DNA from: Pseudomonadota bacterium
GTDB lineage: Bacteria; Pseudomonadota; Alphaproteobacteria; MPNO01; UBA830
NCBI GenBank assembly: GCA_036339975.1
Contig: JAYYZV010000061.1
Span: 1 to 54,496 of the forward strand
Reading direction: 5' to 3'
DNA length: 54,496 nt
This document shows, piece after piece, positions 29,298 through 37,537 of this stretch (position 1 is the stretch's first letter; each line of letters starts with the position of its first letter). Below the pieces are notes generated by a model. It was not told the DNA's origin, searched no databases, and saw nothing but the letters and a program-made list of their open reading frames with translations. The position numbers and the translations under genes were made by a program.

Positions 29298-30008
29298 ATG
29301 CCCCATGCATTTGAAATGCCGCAAAAATATATAGACAAAATCGTCGCGCGTATGGGTCGCTAACATTCTCAGGAGATTTTTGAGACGGAAAAAACGGCGC
29401 TAGTGGTCGTCGATATGCAGAATTATTTCATGGACGAAAGCCAGCAGGCAGGCTGCCCCGTCGGCCAGACCGTGGTCGGCAACGTCAACCGCATCGCGGA
29501 TACGGTCCGTCGAACCGGCGGTATTGTTATCTGGATCCAGAACATGGCGCCTGACGATACTCAGGAAACATGGAGTACGGCGCACGAACGGTATCTGCCC
29601 GAAAAAGCGAAACTCCGCGTAGAGTCTATGACACCCGGTGAGTGGCCATTCGAACTCTGGTCTGACCTCGACGTCAAGGACGATGACTTCCGCGTTATAA
29701 AGCGCCGGTACAGCGCCTTCATCCAAGGCTCATCCGACATCGAATTGATCCTCAAAGATAACGGGATCGAAAATATCCTCGTCTGTGGTGTAGCAACGAA
29801 TGTGTGTTGCGAGAGCACAGCACGTGACGCGATGATGCTGAACTATCGAGCGTTGATGGTCTCGGACGGTTGCGCCACGTCATCCGATGAGGAACATACG
29901 AATTCTCTAATTGCGTTTTACACGCATTTCGGTGACGTGCAGAATACTGACGAACTTTGCGCACGGCTTGAGGCCTCTGACAGGCAGAACTCAACAGCCG
30001 CTGAATAA
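29298..30008 (+). pseudogene. Isochorismatase-family cysteine hydrolase (nicotinamidase / amidase-like) interrupted by an in-frame TAA at 29361-29363
   Basis: The frame from the ATG at 29298 (GGGAG SD) reads MPHAFEMPQKYIDKIVARMGR*HSQEIFETEKTALVVVDMQNYF. The family's usual N-terminus therefore spans the stop. Catalytic Asp (VVVDMQ) and Cys (GVATNVCCESTARDA) are present downstream. The track ORF restarts at the GTG at 29403. Confidence 0.7.
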
Positions 30009-30036
30009 AACATAAGAAACTATAGGGAACAAAGAT

Positions 30037-31227
30037 ATGGCTGCCCCCGCCGCGCCGCAAACGCCGAAAGGCAAAACCGTCATCAGAAACATCGGCATGA
30101 TGCTTTCCGGCGCAATGGAAAACCCAATCCTTAACGCCGATAGTCTTATCGCAATAGATGGCAAAATCGACTCCTTCGGTAAGGAGAAGGATCTTGATAC
30201 TGATCAGGCGGACGTGAATATTGATGCACACGGAACCACATTGTGCCCCGGCCTGATCGACAGCCACGTTCATCCCGTTTTCGGCGACTGGACGCCTCGC
30301 CAAAACCAGCTTAACTGGATCGATTCATCGATGCATGGCGGCGTCACAACAATGATTTCTGCGGGTGAAGTCCATCTTCCCGGCCGGCCAAAAGATCCGA
30401 AAGGCGTTGTGGCCCTAGGTATTACCGCGCAACGCTGTTTTTCGGCCTTTCCCCCGGGTGGTGTAAAAGTTCACGCCGGCGCGCCGATCCTCGAAAAAGG
30501 TATGGTCGAGGAAGATTTCAAGGAAATGAGTGAGGCTGGCGTCAAGCTGCTGGGTGAAATTGGCCTCGGCGGCGTCAAAGCCGGCGACGAGGCAAAGAAG
30601 ATGGTCGACTGGGCCCGAAAATACGGTATCCAGTCAACGATCCATACCGGTGGTCCTTCCATCCCCGGTTCCGGTCTAATCGACAAGGACGTGGTTCTGG
30701 AAGCCGGTGCAGACATAATCGGTCACATTAATGGCGGCCACACATCGCTGCCGCTCGACCAGATTCGTTGCCTTTGTGAAGACTGTAGTGCGGGGATCGA
30801 AATCGTCCATAACGGCAATGAGAAAGCGGCACTATTCGCTCTGCGGACCGCCTTCGAATTGGATCAATCCGAAAGGGTCATTCTCGGTACAGACGGTCCA
30901 GCCGGATCTGGCGTACAGCCGCTCGGTATCATTCGCATGGTGTCAATGCTGTCGGCTCTGGGCGACATCCCTGCCGAAATCGCATTTTGTTTCGCCACCG
31001 GCAATACTGCGCGAATGCGCGACCTCGACTGCGGTCTGATAGAGAAAGGTCGCGCCGCGGATTTCGTGTTTCTAGACCGCGCACAGCACACGGCGGGCAA
31101 AGACTTGTTGGAGAGCGTCCAGATGGGCGACATTCCTGGTGTTGGGATGGTCGTCATTGACGGTCAGGTCGCGTCAGGTCGCAGCCGCAACACCCCGCCG
31201 GCGGACACTATTCCAGAACTGGTTTAA
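30037..31227 (+). CDS. Enamidase-like amidohydrolase (1,4,5,6-tetrahydro-6-oxonicotinate-type cyclic amide hydrolase)
   Basis: 396 aa. HxH metal motif GLIDSHVHP. The blocks HGGVTTMISAGEVHLPGRPKDPKG, IHTGGPSIPGS, GHINGG and the C-terminal SRNTPPA match my recollection of Eubacterium barkeri enamidase. Not verified by search. Confidence 0.65.
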   Translation: MAAPAAPQTPKGKTVIRNIGMMLSGAMENPILNADSLIAIDGKIDSFGKEKDLDTDQADVNIDAHGTTLCPGLIDSHVHPVFGDWTPRQNQLNWIDSSMHGGVTTMISAGEVHLPGRPKDPKGVVALGITAQRCFSAFPPGGVKVHAGAPILEKGMVEEDFKEMSEAGVKLLGEIGLGGVKAGDEAKKMVDWARKYGIQSTIHTGGPSIPGSGLIDKDVVLEAGADIIGHINGGHTSLPLDQIRCLCEDCSAGIEIVHNGNEKAALFALRTAFELDQSERVILGTDGPAGSGVQPLGIIRMVSMLSALGDIPAEIAFCFATGNTARMRDLDCGLIEKGRAADFVFLDRAQHTAGKDLLESVQMGDIPGVGMVVIDGQVASGRSRNTPPADTIPELV

Positions 31228-31321
31228 ATCATCTTCAGGTGTCGGTAGCCAACAACCCGTGCATGCCACCGGAAAGCAAAAATTTCTCGTCTCGTAAGGC
31301 TAATTGAACTTTCATCAGAAA

Positions 31322-31906
31322 TTATCGGAGCCCGTCTTCCCCGACCATCTCATCTGTCGTTAACCCGCCGACGCGAGGGAACGGTCGGCCAGAGTCGGTC
31401 ACCGATATTGCGACAAGAATTTCATTTGCCCGGGGAGCGTCAGCGAGACGAACTTCCATCCCATCGAAGTGGCTGCGCACGTAGGCGGCGTCCTTGTGGC
31501 CAAGCGGGACATCGATCGGCGTACCGGGCCCACCCAATTTTTTGACCGATGGAACCAAGGCCGCACCCTTCTCAACTTCCTTTCGCAGCGGTGCGCCTAA
31601 CTTCGGATGCAAGATAGCCGCAGCATGTTCCCATTCGCCGTTCTCACCGACGATTGCCGCCTTCCCATAGCTCTCTGCTTCTTCAGGTGTAATGCCCAAA
31701 GCATCGACGCACATTTTGCCAAGCACTTCACCCAGTTCGGCACCGATATCCATCAGCGCCGATAGGTCTTCCTCATATGTGCCGGCGAACGGGTTTTCGA
31801 TCACAGCCAGTGCCGCAGCCTTCCGCGTCGGCGGATTGACCTCTTTCCCGATATCCTGACGCGTTTCTTCAACAATCACCGATGTTTTGCGGATGTTGGC
31901 TGGCAT
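31322..31906 (-). CDS. 'Amino acid synthesis' family protein (PF06684/DUF1185), function unknown
   Basis: 194 aa from the ATG at 31906 (GGGGGG SD). Blocks IRK..V.EE, AVIENPFAG, YGKAAIVGENGEWEHAAA, VKKLGGPGTPIDVPLGHKDAAYVRSHFD. Paralog of 34493-35128. Confidence 0.7.
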   Translation of the reverse strand: MPANIRKTSVIVEETRQDIGKEVNPPTRKAAALAVIENPFAGTYEEDLSALMDIGAELGEVLGKMCVDALGITPEEAESYGKAAIVGENGEWEHAAAILHPKLGAPLRKEVEKGAALVPSVKKLGGPGTPIDVPLGHKDAAYVRSHFDGMEVRLADAPRANEILVAISVTDSGRPFPRVGGLTTDEMVGEDGLR

Positions 31907-31928
31907 TGCACCCCCCGTCATTACAATT

Positions 31929-31946
31929 TTGTTAGTATACATATGA
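31929..31946. promoter_or_regulatory. Box C: copy of an 18-bp quasi-palindromic box (TTGTnTGTnnACAnACAA)
   Basis: TTGTTAGTATACATATGA lies 23-40 nt upstream of the ATG at 31906, in the divergent region shared with the 32076 gene. It has 3 mismatches to the pattern. Confidence 0.4.
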
Positions 31947-32075
31947 TGTTTAAGCGGGCGAGATCCGAAGTCAATAGCTGTACCGCGCAACGAGACCTGC
32001 ATTTTTGATGGATTGCGCCTGCACCGTGCTCTGGTAAATTAGGAGAATTCTATCCAGATCAAAGAGCCTGAAGCT

Positions 32076-34430
32076 ATGCCCGACGACGCCGTAATAGATA
32101 CACTTAAATTCGGCATTGGACAGCCCGTCCTTCGGACAGAGGACCCCAAGCTGCTGACAGGTCGCGGAGAATTCACCGACGATTACAGCGCCGATGGGCA
32201 GGCCTACTGCGCCTTTTTTCGCTCGCCGGTCGCCCATGGAAGCATCATATCTATAGACACCTCTGCTGCGGAGGCGGCACCCGGCGTCATAGCAATTATT
32301 ACTGGTAAGGACCTTAGAGACGCGGGCGTGAAAGACATTCCTTGCCCGATCAGTGTCAAAAGCAGAGACGGCTCCGCCGCCGTTGTTCCACCGCGTCCGG
32401 CAATGGCCGTCGGGCAGGTAAAACACGTTGGCGATCCCGTGGCCGCGGTTATCGCGGAGACTTCTATACAAGCACGTGACGCGGCGGAGATGATCATACT
32501 CGATACCGAGAACCTGCCTTCGGTTTCGGATCCCGTGGCGGCAGAGAAAAATGGCGCGCCTCAGGTCTGGGAGGAAGCGCCGGGGAACACCTGTCTGGAT
32601 TTTCAATGCGGAGATAACGAAACAGTAGAGAAAGCCTTCGCCGATGCCGCGCACATCACCAAGATCGAGCTCACTAATACACGGGTGATCGTCAGTGCCA
32701 TGGAACCACGCGCGACGGTCGCTGAATATGATCGCGGAACTGAAAAATTCACGCTCCACGTCGGCACGCAGGGCGTCGCCGGGTATCGTGGTGCGATGTG
32801 TAATATGCTCGACATCGAACCAGATAAAATGCGGATTATCTCGAAGGAAGTGGGTGGCTCATTCGGCATGAAGGGCAGCGCATTCAATGAAGCGATCGTG
32901 GTTCTGCATGCCTCGCGAGTGCTCGGCCGGCCGGTAAAATGGACTGCCGATCGATCAGAGAGCTTTCTGTCCGATCACCATGGTCGAGCGATGACGTTCG
33001 AACTTGGCCTCGCACTCGACAAGGACGGGAACTTTCTGGCGCTCCGAGTTGATGGGGTCGGCGACATGGGCGCCTATCTGACTTCGATGGGACCTTGGCC
33101 GGCGACTATGGTGACGAGCCGTAACATCATCAGCGTCTATAAAACGCCAGCTATTTCATACAACGCTAAATGTATTTTTACGAACACTGTTCCCACAGGC
33201 CCCTACCGTGGGGCCGGCCGCCCAGAATCAAAATTCTTCATGGAGCGCCTAATCGACAAGGCGGCAGAGGAAATGGGCATCGACAGGGTTGAACTGCGGC
33301 GTCTGAATTTAATTAGTCCCGACATGCTACCCCACGAAACACCCATCGATTTGACATACGACTCCGGGGAATTCGAGACTATCATGGATTTGTGCCTCGA
33401 ACGCGCCGACTATGCCGGATACAATGCACGTAAGAAAGAATCGGAAACCGCCGGCATGATCCGGGGCTTCGGCGTCGCACCCTACTTGGAAACCACAGCA
33501 GGACCCGGCACAGAACTTGCCGACATCCGATTTGAGGATGACGGTACCGTTACGTTAGTTACCGGCAACAAGGATTTTGGTATGGGCCACGCGACACCCT
33601 TCGCACAGGTGTTGTCAACCAAACTTGGTATTCCGTTCGAGGCCATCAACCTCGTGCAGTACGATTCCGATGAGATGAGCACCGGCGCCGGCGGATCCGG
33701 CGGTTCACGATCCATGATCGCCGCCAGTGGCGCGATACTCGAATGCGCCGAGACCATCATTGAAAACGGAAAGAAACTCGCGGGTCACGTGCTGGAGGCA
33801 GCGGTCGAGGATATCGAATTCACTGATGGCGTGTTCACAGTCGTAGGGACAGACCGAAACATCGGAATAATGACGCTTTCACATAAGGCCCGCGAATTGG
33901 ATGGCGCGGGCGATTTACCAGCGAACCTATCGCACAAGGTTAACCACGACACGGCCCCAATCAGCTTCCCGAACGGATGTCACATAGCAGAGGTAGAGAT
34001 TGATCCAGATACCGGCGTGGTCGCCATTGATCGTTACACCGTGGTGGACGATTTCGGTGTGGTGGTAAACCCGCTGATCGTCGAGGGACAAGTCCATGGT
34101 GGCATCGCCCAGGGTATTGGCCAGGTTCTGGCCGAAGATACAATCTACGACGACGAAGGCCAGCTTATGACCGGAACGTATCTCGATTATCAATTACCAA
34201 GAGCCGACGATATCGCCCACATCAATTTCACAACACACGCGGTACCGTGCAAAACCAACCCTCTGGGCGTCAAGGGCTGCGGGGAAGCCGGAAATGGCGG
34301 ATCCTACCCTGTGATCTACAACGCTATTATGGACGCGCTTGACGGCAATGGGGGAAAAGAACTGGGAATACCAGCGACTCCTCACCGCATCTGGCAAGCG
34401 ATTAGGCAACGCGGATTGGGCGTAGGCTAA
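32076..34430 (+). CDS. Molybdopterin-binding large subunit of a xanthine-dehydrogenase-family hydroxylase (CoxL form-II-like), stand-alone
   Basis: 784 aa. N-terminal a/b-hammerhead start (IGQPVLRTEDPKLLTGRGEFTDDY). Active-site loop GPYRGAGRPE (the AYRGAGR-type of form II CoxL-like enzymes). No adjacent Fe-S or FAD subunit genes. Confidence 0.85.
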   Translation: MPDDAVIDTLKFGIGQPVLRTEDPKLLTGRGEFTDDYSADGQAYCAFFRSPVAHGSIISIDTSAAEAAPGVIAIITGKDLRDAGVKDIPCPISVKSRDGSAAVVPPRPAMAVGQVKHVGDPVAAVIAETSIQARDAAEMIILDTENLPSVSDPVAAEKNGAPQVWEEAPGNTCLDFQCGDNETVEKAFADAAHITKIELTNTRVIVSAMEPRATVAEYDRGTEKFTLHVGTQGVAGYRGAMCNMLDIEPDKMRIISKEVGGSFGMKGSAFNEAIVVLHASRVLGRPVKWTADRSESFLSDHHGRAMTFELGLALDKDGNFLALRVDGVGDMGAYLTSMGPWPATMVTSRNIISVYKTPAISYNAKCIFTNTVPTGPYRGAGRPESKFFMERLIDKAAEEMGIDRVELRRLNLISPDMLPHETPIDLTYDSGEFETIMDLCLERADYAGYNARKKESETAGMIRGFGVAPYLETTAGPGTELADIRFEDDGTVTLVTGNKDFGMGHATPFAQVLSTKLGIPFEAINLVQYDSDEMSTGAGGSGGSRSMIAASGAILECAETIIENGKKLAGHVLEAAVEDIEFTDGVFTVVGTDRNIGIMTLSHKARELDGAGDLPANLSHKVNHDTAPISFPNGCHIAEVEIDPDTGVVAIDRYTVVDDFGVVVNPLIVEGQVHGGIAQGIGQVLAEDTIYDDEGQLMTGTYLDYQLPRADDIAHINFTTHAVPCKTNPLGVKGCGEAGNGGSYPVIYNAIMDALDGNGGKELGIPATPHRIWQAIRQRGLGVG

Positions 34431-34436
34431 ATTAAA

Positions 34437-34469
34437 CCCCGCGGCACAAATGCCCCTCCGGTTTTTTTT
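34437..34469 (+). terminator. Probable rho-independent terminator
   Basis: Imperfect GC-rich hairpin (CCCCGCGGCA CAAA TGCCCCTCCGG) followed by T8 (34462-34469). Sits between convergent genes. Confidence 0.55.
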
Positions 34470-34492
34470 GCTAGATAAATACTATTGACCCG

Positions 34493-35128
34493 TCAGCGCA
34501 GTCCGTCTTCGCCAACAACATCCTCGTTTTTTAAGCCGGCCGACCGGCTATAAATCCGAGGACCATTAGACATCGACTGTATCCAGACGATTTCGTTCGC
34601 TCGCGGGGCATCATTGATAGAGCATACGACAGTATCAAAATGAGAGCGGACGTATGCAGCATTGGCGTGAGCGATCGGCACGTCGATAGTGCAACCGGGG
34701 CCTCCTACCTTCTTAGTAGACGGAACGATCGCTGCCGATTTTTGCATCAACTGTCGCATTCCATATCCGCCGGGCTCGTGCCACAACGCGGCGTGCTCCA
34801 ATTCGCCGTTTTCTCCAACGATGGCAGCCTTGCCATAGGCGACGATAGCATCCGCGCCACCCATTACCGCCATCAGTTTCTTGGACATTTCAATACCCAT
34901 CGGTTTGAGCTGCTCCATTAATGGCAGGATGTCCTCTACATATTTTCCGGCATAAGGATTGTGCGTGACGGCCGCGATGTAGCCCTTCAGTTGCGGACGT
35001 TCTGCCGGTGGACCAAATTCGTGCAAAACCTCCTCGACATGCATCACAAACTTTCGGACCTTGACCAAATCTCCGAAATCTCCGTTGGTCGTCGTTTCCA
35101 CTGCGATTCTTCCATCATCCATTATCAT
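34493..35128 (-). CDS. 'Amino acid synthesis' family protein (PF06684/DUF1185), function unknown
   Basis: 211 aa. Blocks VRKFVMHVEE, AVTHNPYAG, YGKAAIVGENGELEHAAL, TKKVGGPGCTIDVPIAHANAAYVRSHFD. Its start overlaps the stop of the upstream UPF0280 gene (ATGATAATGGATGA). Confidence 0.7.
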   Translation of the reverse strand: MIMDDGRIAVETTTNGDFGDLVKVRKFVMHVEEVLHEFGPPAERPQLKGYIAAVTHNPYAGKYVEDILPLMEQLKPMGIEMSKKLMAVMGGADAIVAYGKAAIVGENGELEHAALWHEPGGYGMRQLMQKSAAIVPSTKKVGGPGCTIDVPIAHANAAYVRSHFDTVVCSINDAPRANEIVWIQSMSNGPRIYSRSAGLKNEDVVGEDGLR

Positions 35129-35999
35129 TTCCTTTTATGCTGACCGTTTCCGGCAGGGTCGCAGGCAAATCGCCCAAGGCCCGGATTTCATTTTTCAATA
35201 CCAGCACCGCCGCCGTAATGAGTCCAGCCTCATACATGCGGCCAGCCACTTCGATGCCGTTGCCCAATGCTTTTTCAACTGTCGTCGGATCCAGAAGACC
35301 AACATTCACTGTCACCATTCTATCACCGAGGTCGGACTGATCGTCCTGTTCCGACGCCGGCGCTCTTTCTATCGCCTCATGATCTGCGTTCACGGCATTG
35401 GCTATAAGTGTCGCAGCCACATCCGCTGCCGCCGCGTTTTCAGCAAGCACCGTCACCGCGTCAGCAATTCCGAGAGACCAGCTTCGCCCTTGCCAACCAC
35501 TAGTGGCTACACCTCGCACAGGCCGGTCGAACGCTAGTTCTGTTGTGCCGTCGATTGCGGCGTAAAAAAGCTGTCCTACGATACCTAACTTTAGCGTTTC
35601 TCCGGGCGTCAGGTAGACAGCTATGTCGCCGGAATTATTGATGTAAGCCTTCTCCAGGCAACGTCCATCGAGAAGGGCGCTCATCATCTCGTCAGCAACA
35701 GAGCCAGCGACCGCCGCCATCGGGGTCAAGAACGTTTCCCTATGCGGCCAGGCCGCGTCAAGCATTCGTATTGCCGTCGGTCCCTTTACATTGGGACGGA
35801 GGTCGCAGAGTGGCCGGCGCAGTACAGACAACTCCTTGGCCAATTCCACCAGAACCGTCTCGAATTTCAACCGGGCCTGCATGTAAGCTGCCGCGACTTC
35901 GTCGAGGGATCCAAACGCCTCTATTACGAGATCAATAGGCCCGTGCTGCAGGTGTAGCCGGCGACCATCTGCCAGCAATCCGACTTGTGGAACATCCAT
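35115..35999 (-). CDS. UPF0280-family protein (ApbE-like fold by my recollection), function unknown
   Basis: 294 aa from the ATG at 35999, 5 nt after the stop of the upstream reductase gene. N-terminal block DGRRLHLQHGPIDLVIEAFG resembles UPF0280 proteins. The track start 36044 would overlap the upstream gene by 40 nt. Confidence 0.5.
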   Translation of the reverse strand: MDVPQVGLLADGRRLHLQHGPIDLVIEAFGSLDEVAAAYMQARLKFETVLVELAKELSVLRRPLCDLRPNVKGPTAIRMLDAAWPHRETFLTPMAAVAGSVADEMMSALLDGRCLEKAYINNSGDIAVYLTPGETLKLGIVGQLFYAAIDGTTELAFDRPVRGVATSGWQGRSWSLGIADAVTVLAENAAAADVAATLIANAVNADHEAIERAPASEQDDQSDLGDRMVTVNVGLLDPTTVEKALGNGIEVAGRMYEAGLITAAVLVLKNEIRALGDLPATLPETVSIKGNDNG

Positions 36000-36004
36000 C
36001 CTGC

Positions 36005-37537
36005 TCAGGTGTCTTCCAGCGCCATTCGTTCTGCCAGAGGCCAAGGGTTATTGCCCTGCCAAGCCATGGGCTGAACGCCGTGCAGACCGCCTTCGCGAAT
36101 AACGTCGGTAAGGGGCTTAATATGATCTTCGTAGCCTCCTAACGCTAGGTATTCCTCGCGTGACATAGAGAACTCAATAGGGGCTACTAGGGCTGGTGTC
36201 GGCACGTAACCGAAGGAATCGTTCGGCAAACGTAGAACGTCGACCATTACAGTAATGCCACCGCCGGGCCATACATATACGGGTGCGCCGCCACAGGTAA
36301 CACGGGTACGCAATTCGCGCACCGAGCGTGTCAGCAAAACCGGGTTTACAGTTACCCCTGCCCGCAAAGACCCGCCAGCACCGCCCATGAACAAGACCGT
36401 GCTAAGCGCAGGTTCACAGTTTTCTGCAATCCGATCGACCGAAGTCTCGAGGTCGGCCGGCATTTCGGCGGGTACGGGTTTCAGGTCATCGTCCAGTATG
36501 AAGTAGGCCTGATCCTCGCCTGTGGTGCTCACCATCAGAAGACGAAGACCCGCCCATGCAACATCGGGGTCAATACTCTCTATTATTGATAGCGGTTCGG
36601 TGATGTCGGTACCGCCCCACCCAGCACCGGGCTCAGCTACCTGAAAGTAGCGGCCAGGTGTCGAACGGCGGCCGCGCACGCGAATACCAGCCGACGGCAT
36701 ATCTAGGAATTTTCCCGACTGGTGTTCCGAAAGAACACCAGTGATGTGATCATCTACCACAATGACTTCGTCGGCATGACCATGCCATTGCAGTGCGAAC
36801 ATTCCGATAGCAGCCGACCCACAGCCAACGCGCATCCGCTCCTCTTGATTTGTGTCAATTATTGGAGGTTCGCCGGCCTGAACCGTCAATGTTGCACCTC
36901 CATCAATTGTCATTTCCACCCGGTCCTTGTTGCAAAGAGACAACATCGACTGACATGTGACGTTGCCTTCTTTCTTCGCGCCGCCAGTCAGATGGTGTAC
37001 GCCGCCGAGGGCAAGCATCTGTGAACCATACTCGGCAGTCGTTACATGACCGATTTTTTCACCTTTGACGCGGACCGGCGCCGATTCCGGGCCAATAAAG
37101 CGGTCAGTGTCGATCTTTACTTTGACACCGCAGTAGCTGAAAACCCCCTCCGATACGACCGTGACCATATCGACGTCATGATGTTCCGATGACACGATAA
37201 ACGGTGCCGGCTTGTAATCGGGGTAGGTGGTGGTTGCGCCAATGCCGGTAATAAAGGACGGGGATTGGAAGTTCATCGATCCATCCCAGTCTTCCTGTTC
37301 GGGCAAGAACGGAACAAGCCCCCCGTTTTCATCAGAAATTTGCTGTGTAACGATCACCGGATCGGTCCGCGTCAGCTTTCCGTTGACATTACCGTAGCGG
37401 CTGCAGGCTCCGGTTTTTTCTGGGCGAATTCGACACAATACGGGACAGGCGTCGCAAGTGATGACGCCATCGTCTTTGACGTCGCCTGCTTTTATCCCGG
37501 ACGCGCCTTCGGCCTTGGCCTCGGTTTTTTGGCTCAT
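36005..37537 (-). CDS. Putative 6-hydroxynicotinate reductase-like (ferredoxin-dependent N-heterocycle ring reductase)
   Basis: 510 aa. N-terminal Cys cluster CDACPVLCRIRPEKTGAC. The size and its neighbours (enamidase-like, Mo hydroxylase, UPF0280, DUF1185) fit the proteobacterial 'hnr' context as I remember it. The ATG overlaps the stop of the upstream gene (TAATG). Confidence 0.55.
   Translation of the reverse strand: MSQKTEAKAEGASGIKAGDVKDDGVITCDACPVLCRIRPEKTGACSRYGNVNGKLTRTDPVIVTQQISDENGGLVPFLPEQEDWDGSMNFQSPSFITGIGATTTYPDYKPAPFIVSSEHHDVDMVTVVSEGVFSYCGVKVKIDTDRFIGPESAPVRVKGEKIGHVTTAEYGSQMLALGGVHHLTGGAKKEGNVTCQSMLSLCNKDRVEMTIDGGATLTVQAGEPPIIDTNQEERMRVGCGSAAIGMFALQWHGHADEVIVVDDHITGVLSEHQSGKFLDMPSAGIRVRGRRSTPGRYFQVAEPGAGWGGTDITEPLSIIESIDPDVAWAGLRLLMVSTTGEDQAYFILDDDLKPVPAEMPADLETSVDRIAENCEPALSTVLFMGGAGGSLRAGVTVNPVLLTRSVRELRTRVTCGGAPVYVWPGGGITVMVDVLRLPNDSFGYVPTPALVAPIEFSMSREEYLALGGYEDHIKPLTDVIREGGLHGVQPMAWQGNNPWPLAERMALEDT

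Noticed and set aside
31971-32759. 262-aa minus-strand ORF
   Set aside because: It is antisense to the N-terminus of the strongly supported Mo-subunit gene and runs through the divergent promoter. Its translation is Arg/Gly/Cys-rich and not family-like. It is a typical shadow ORF of a GC-rich gene.
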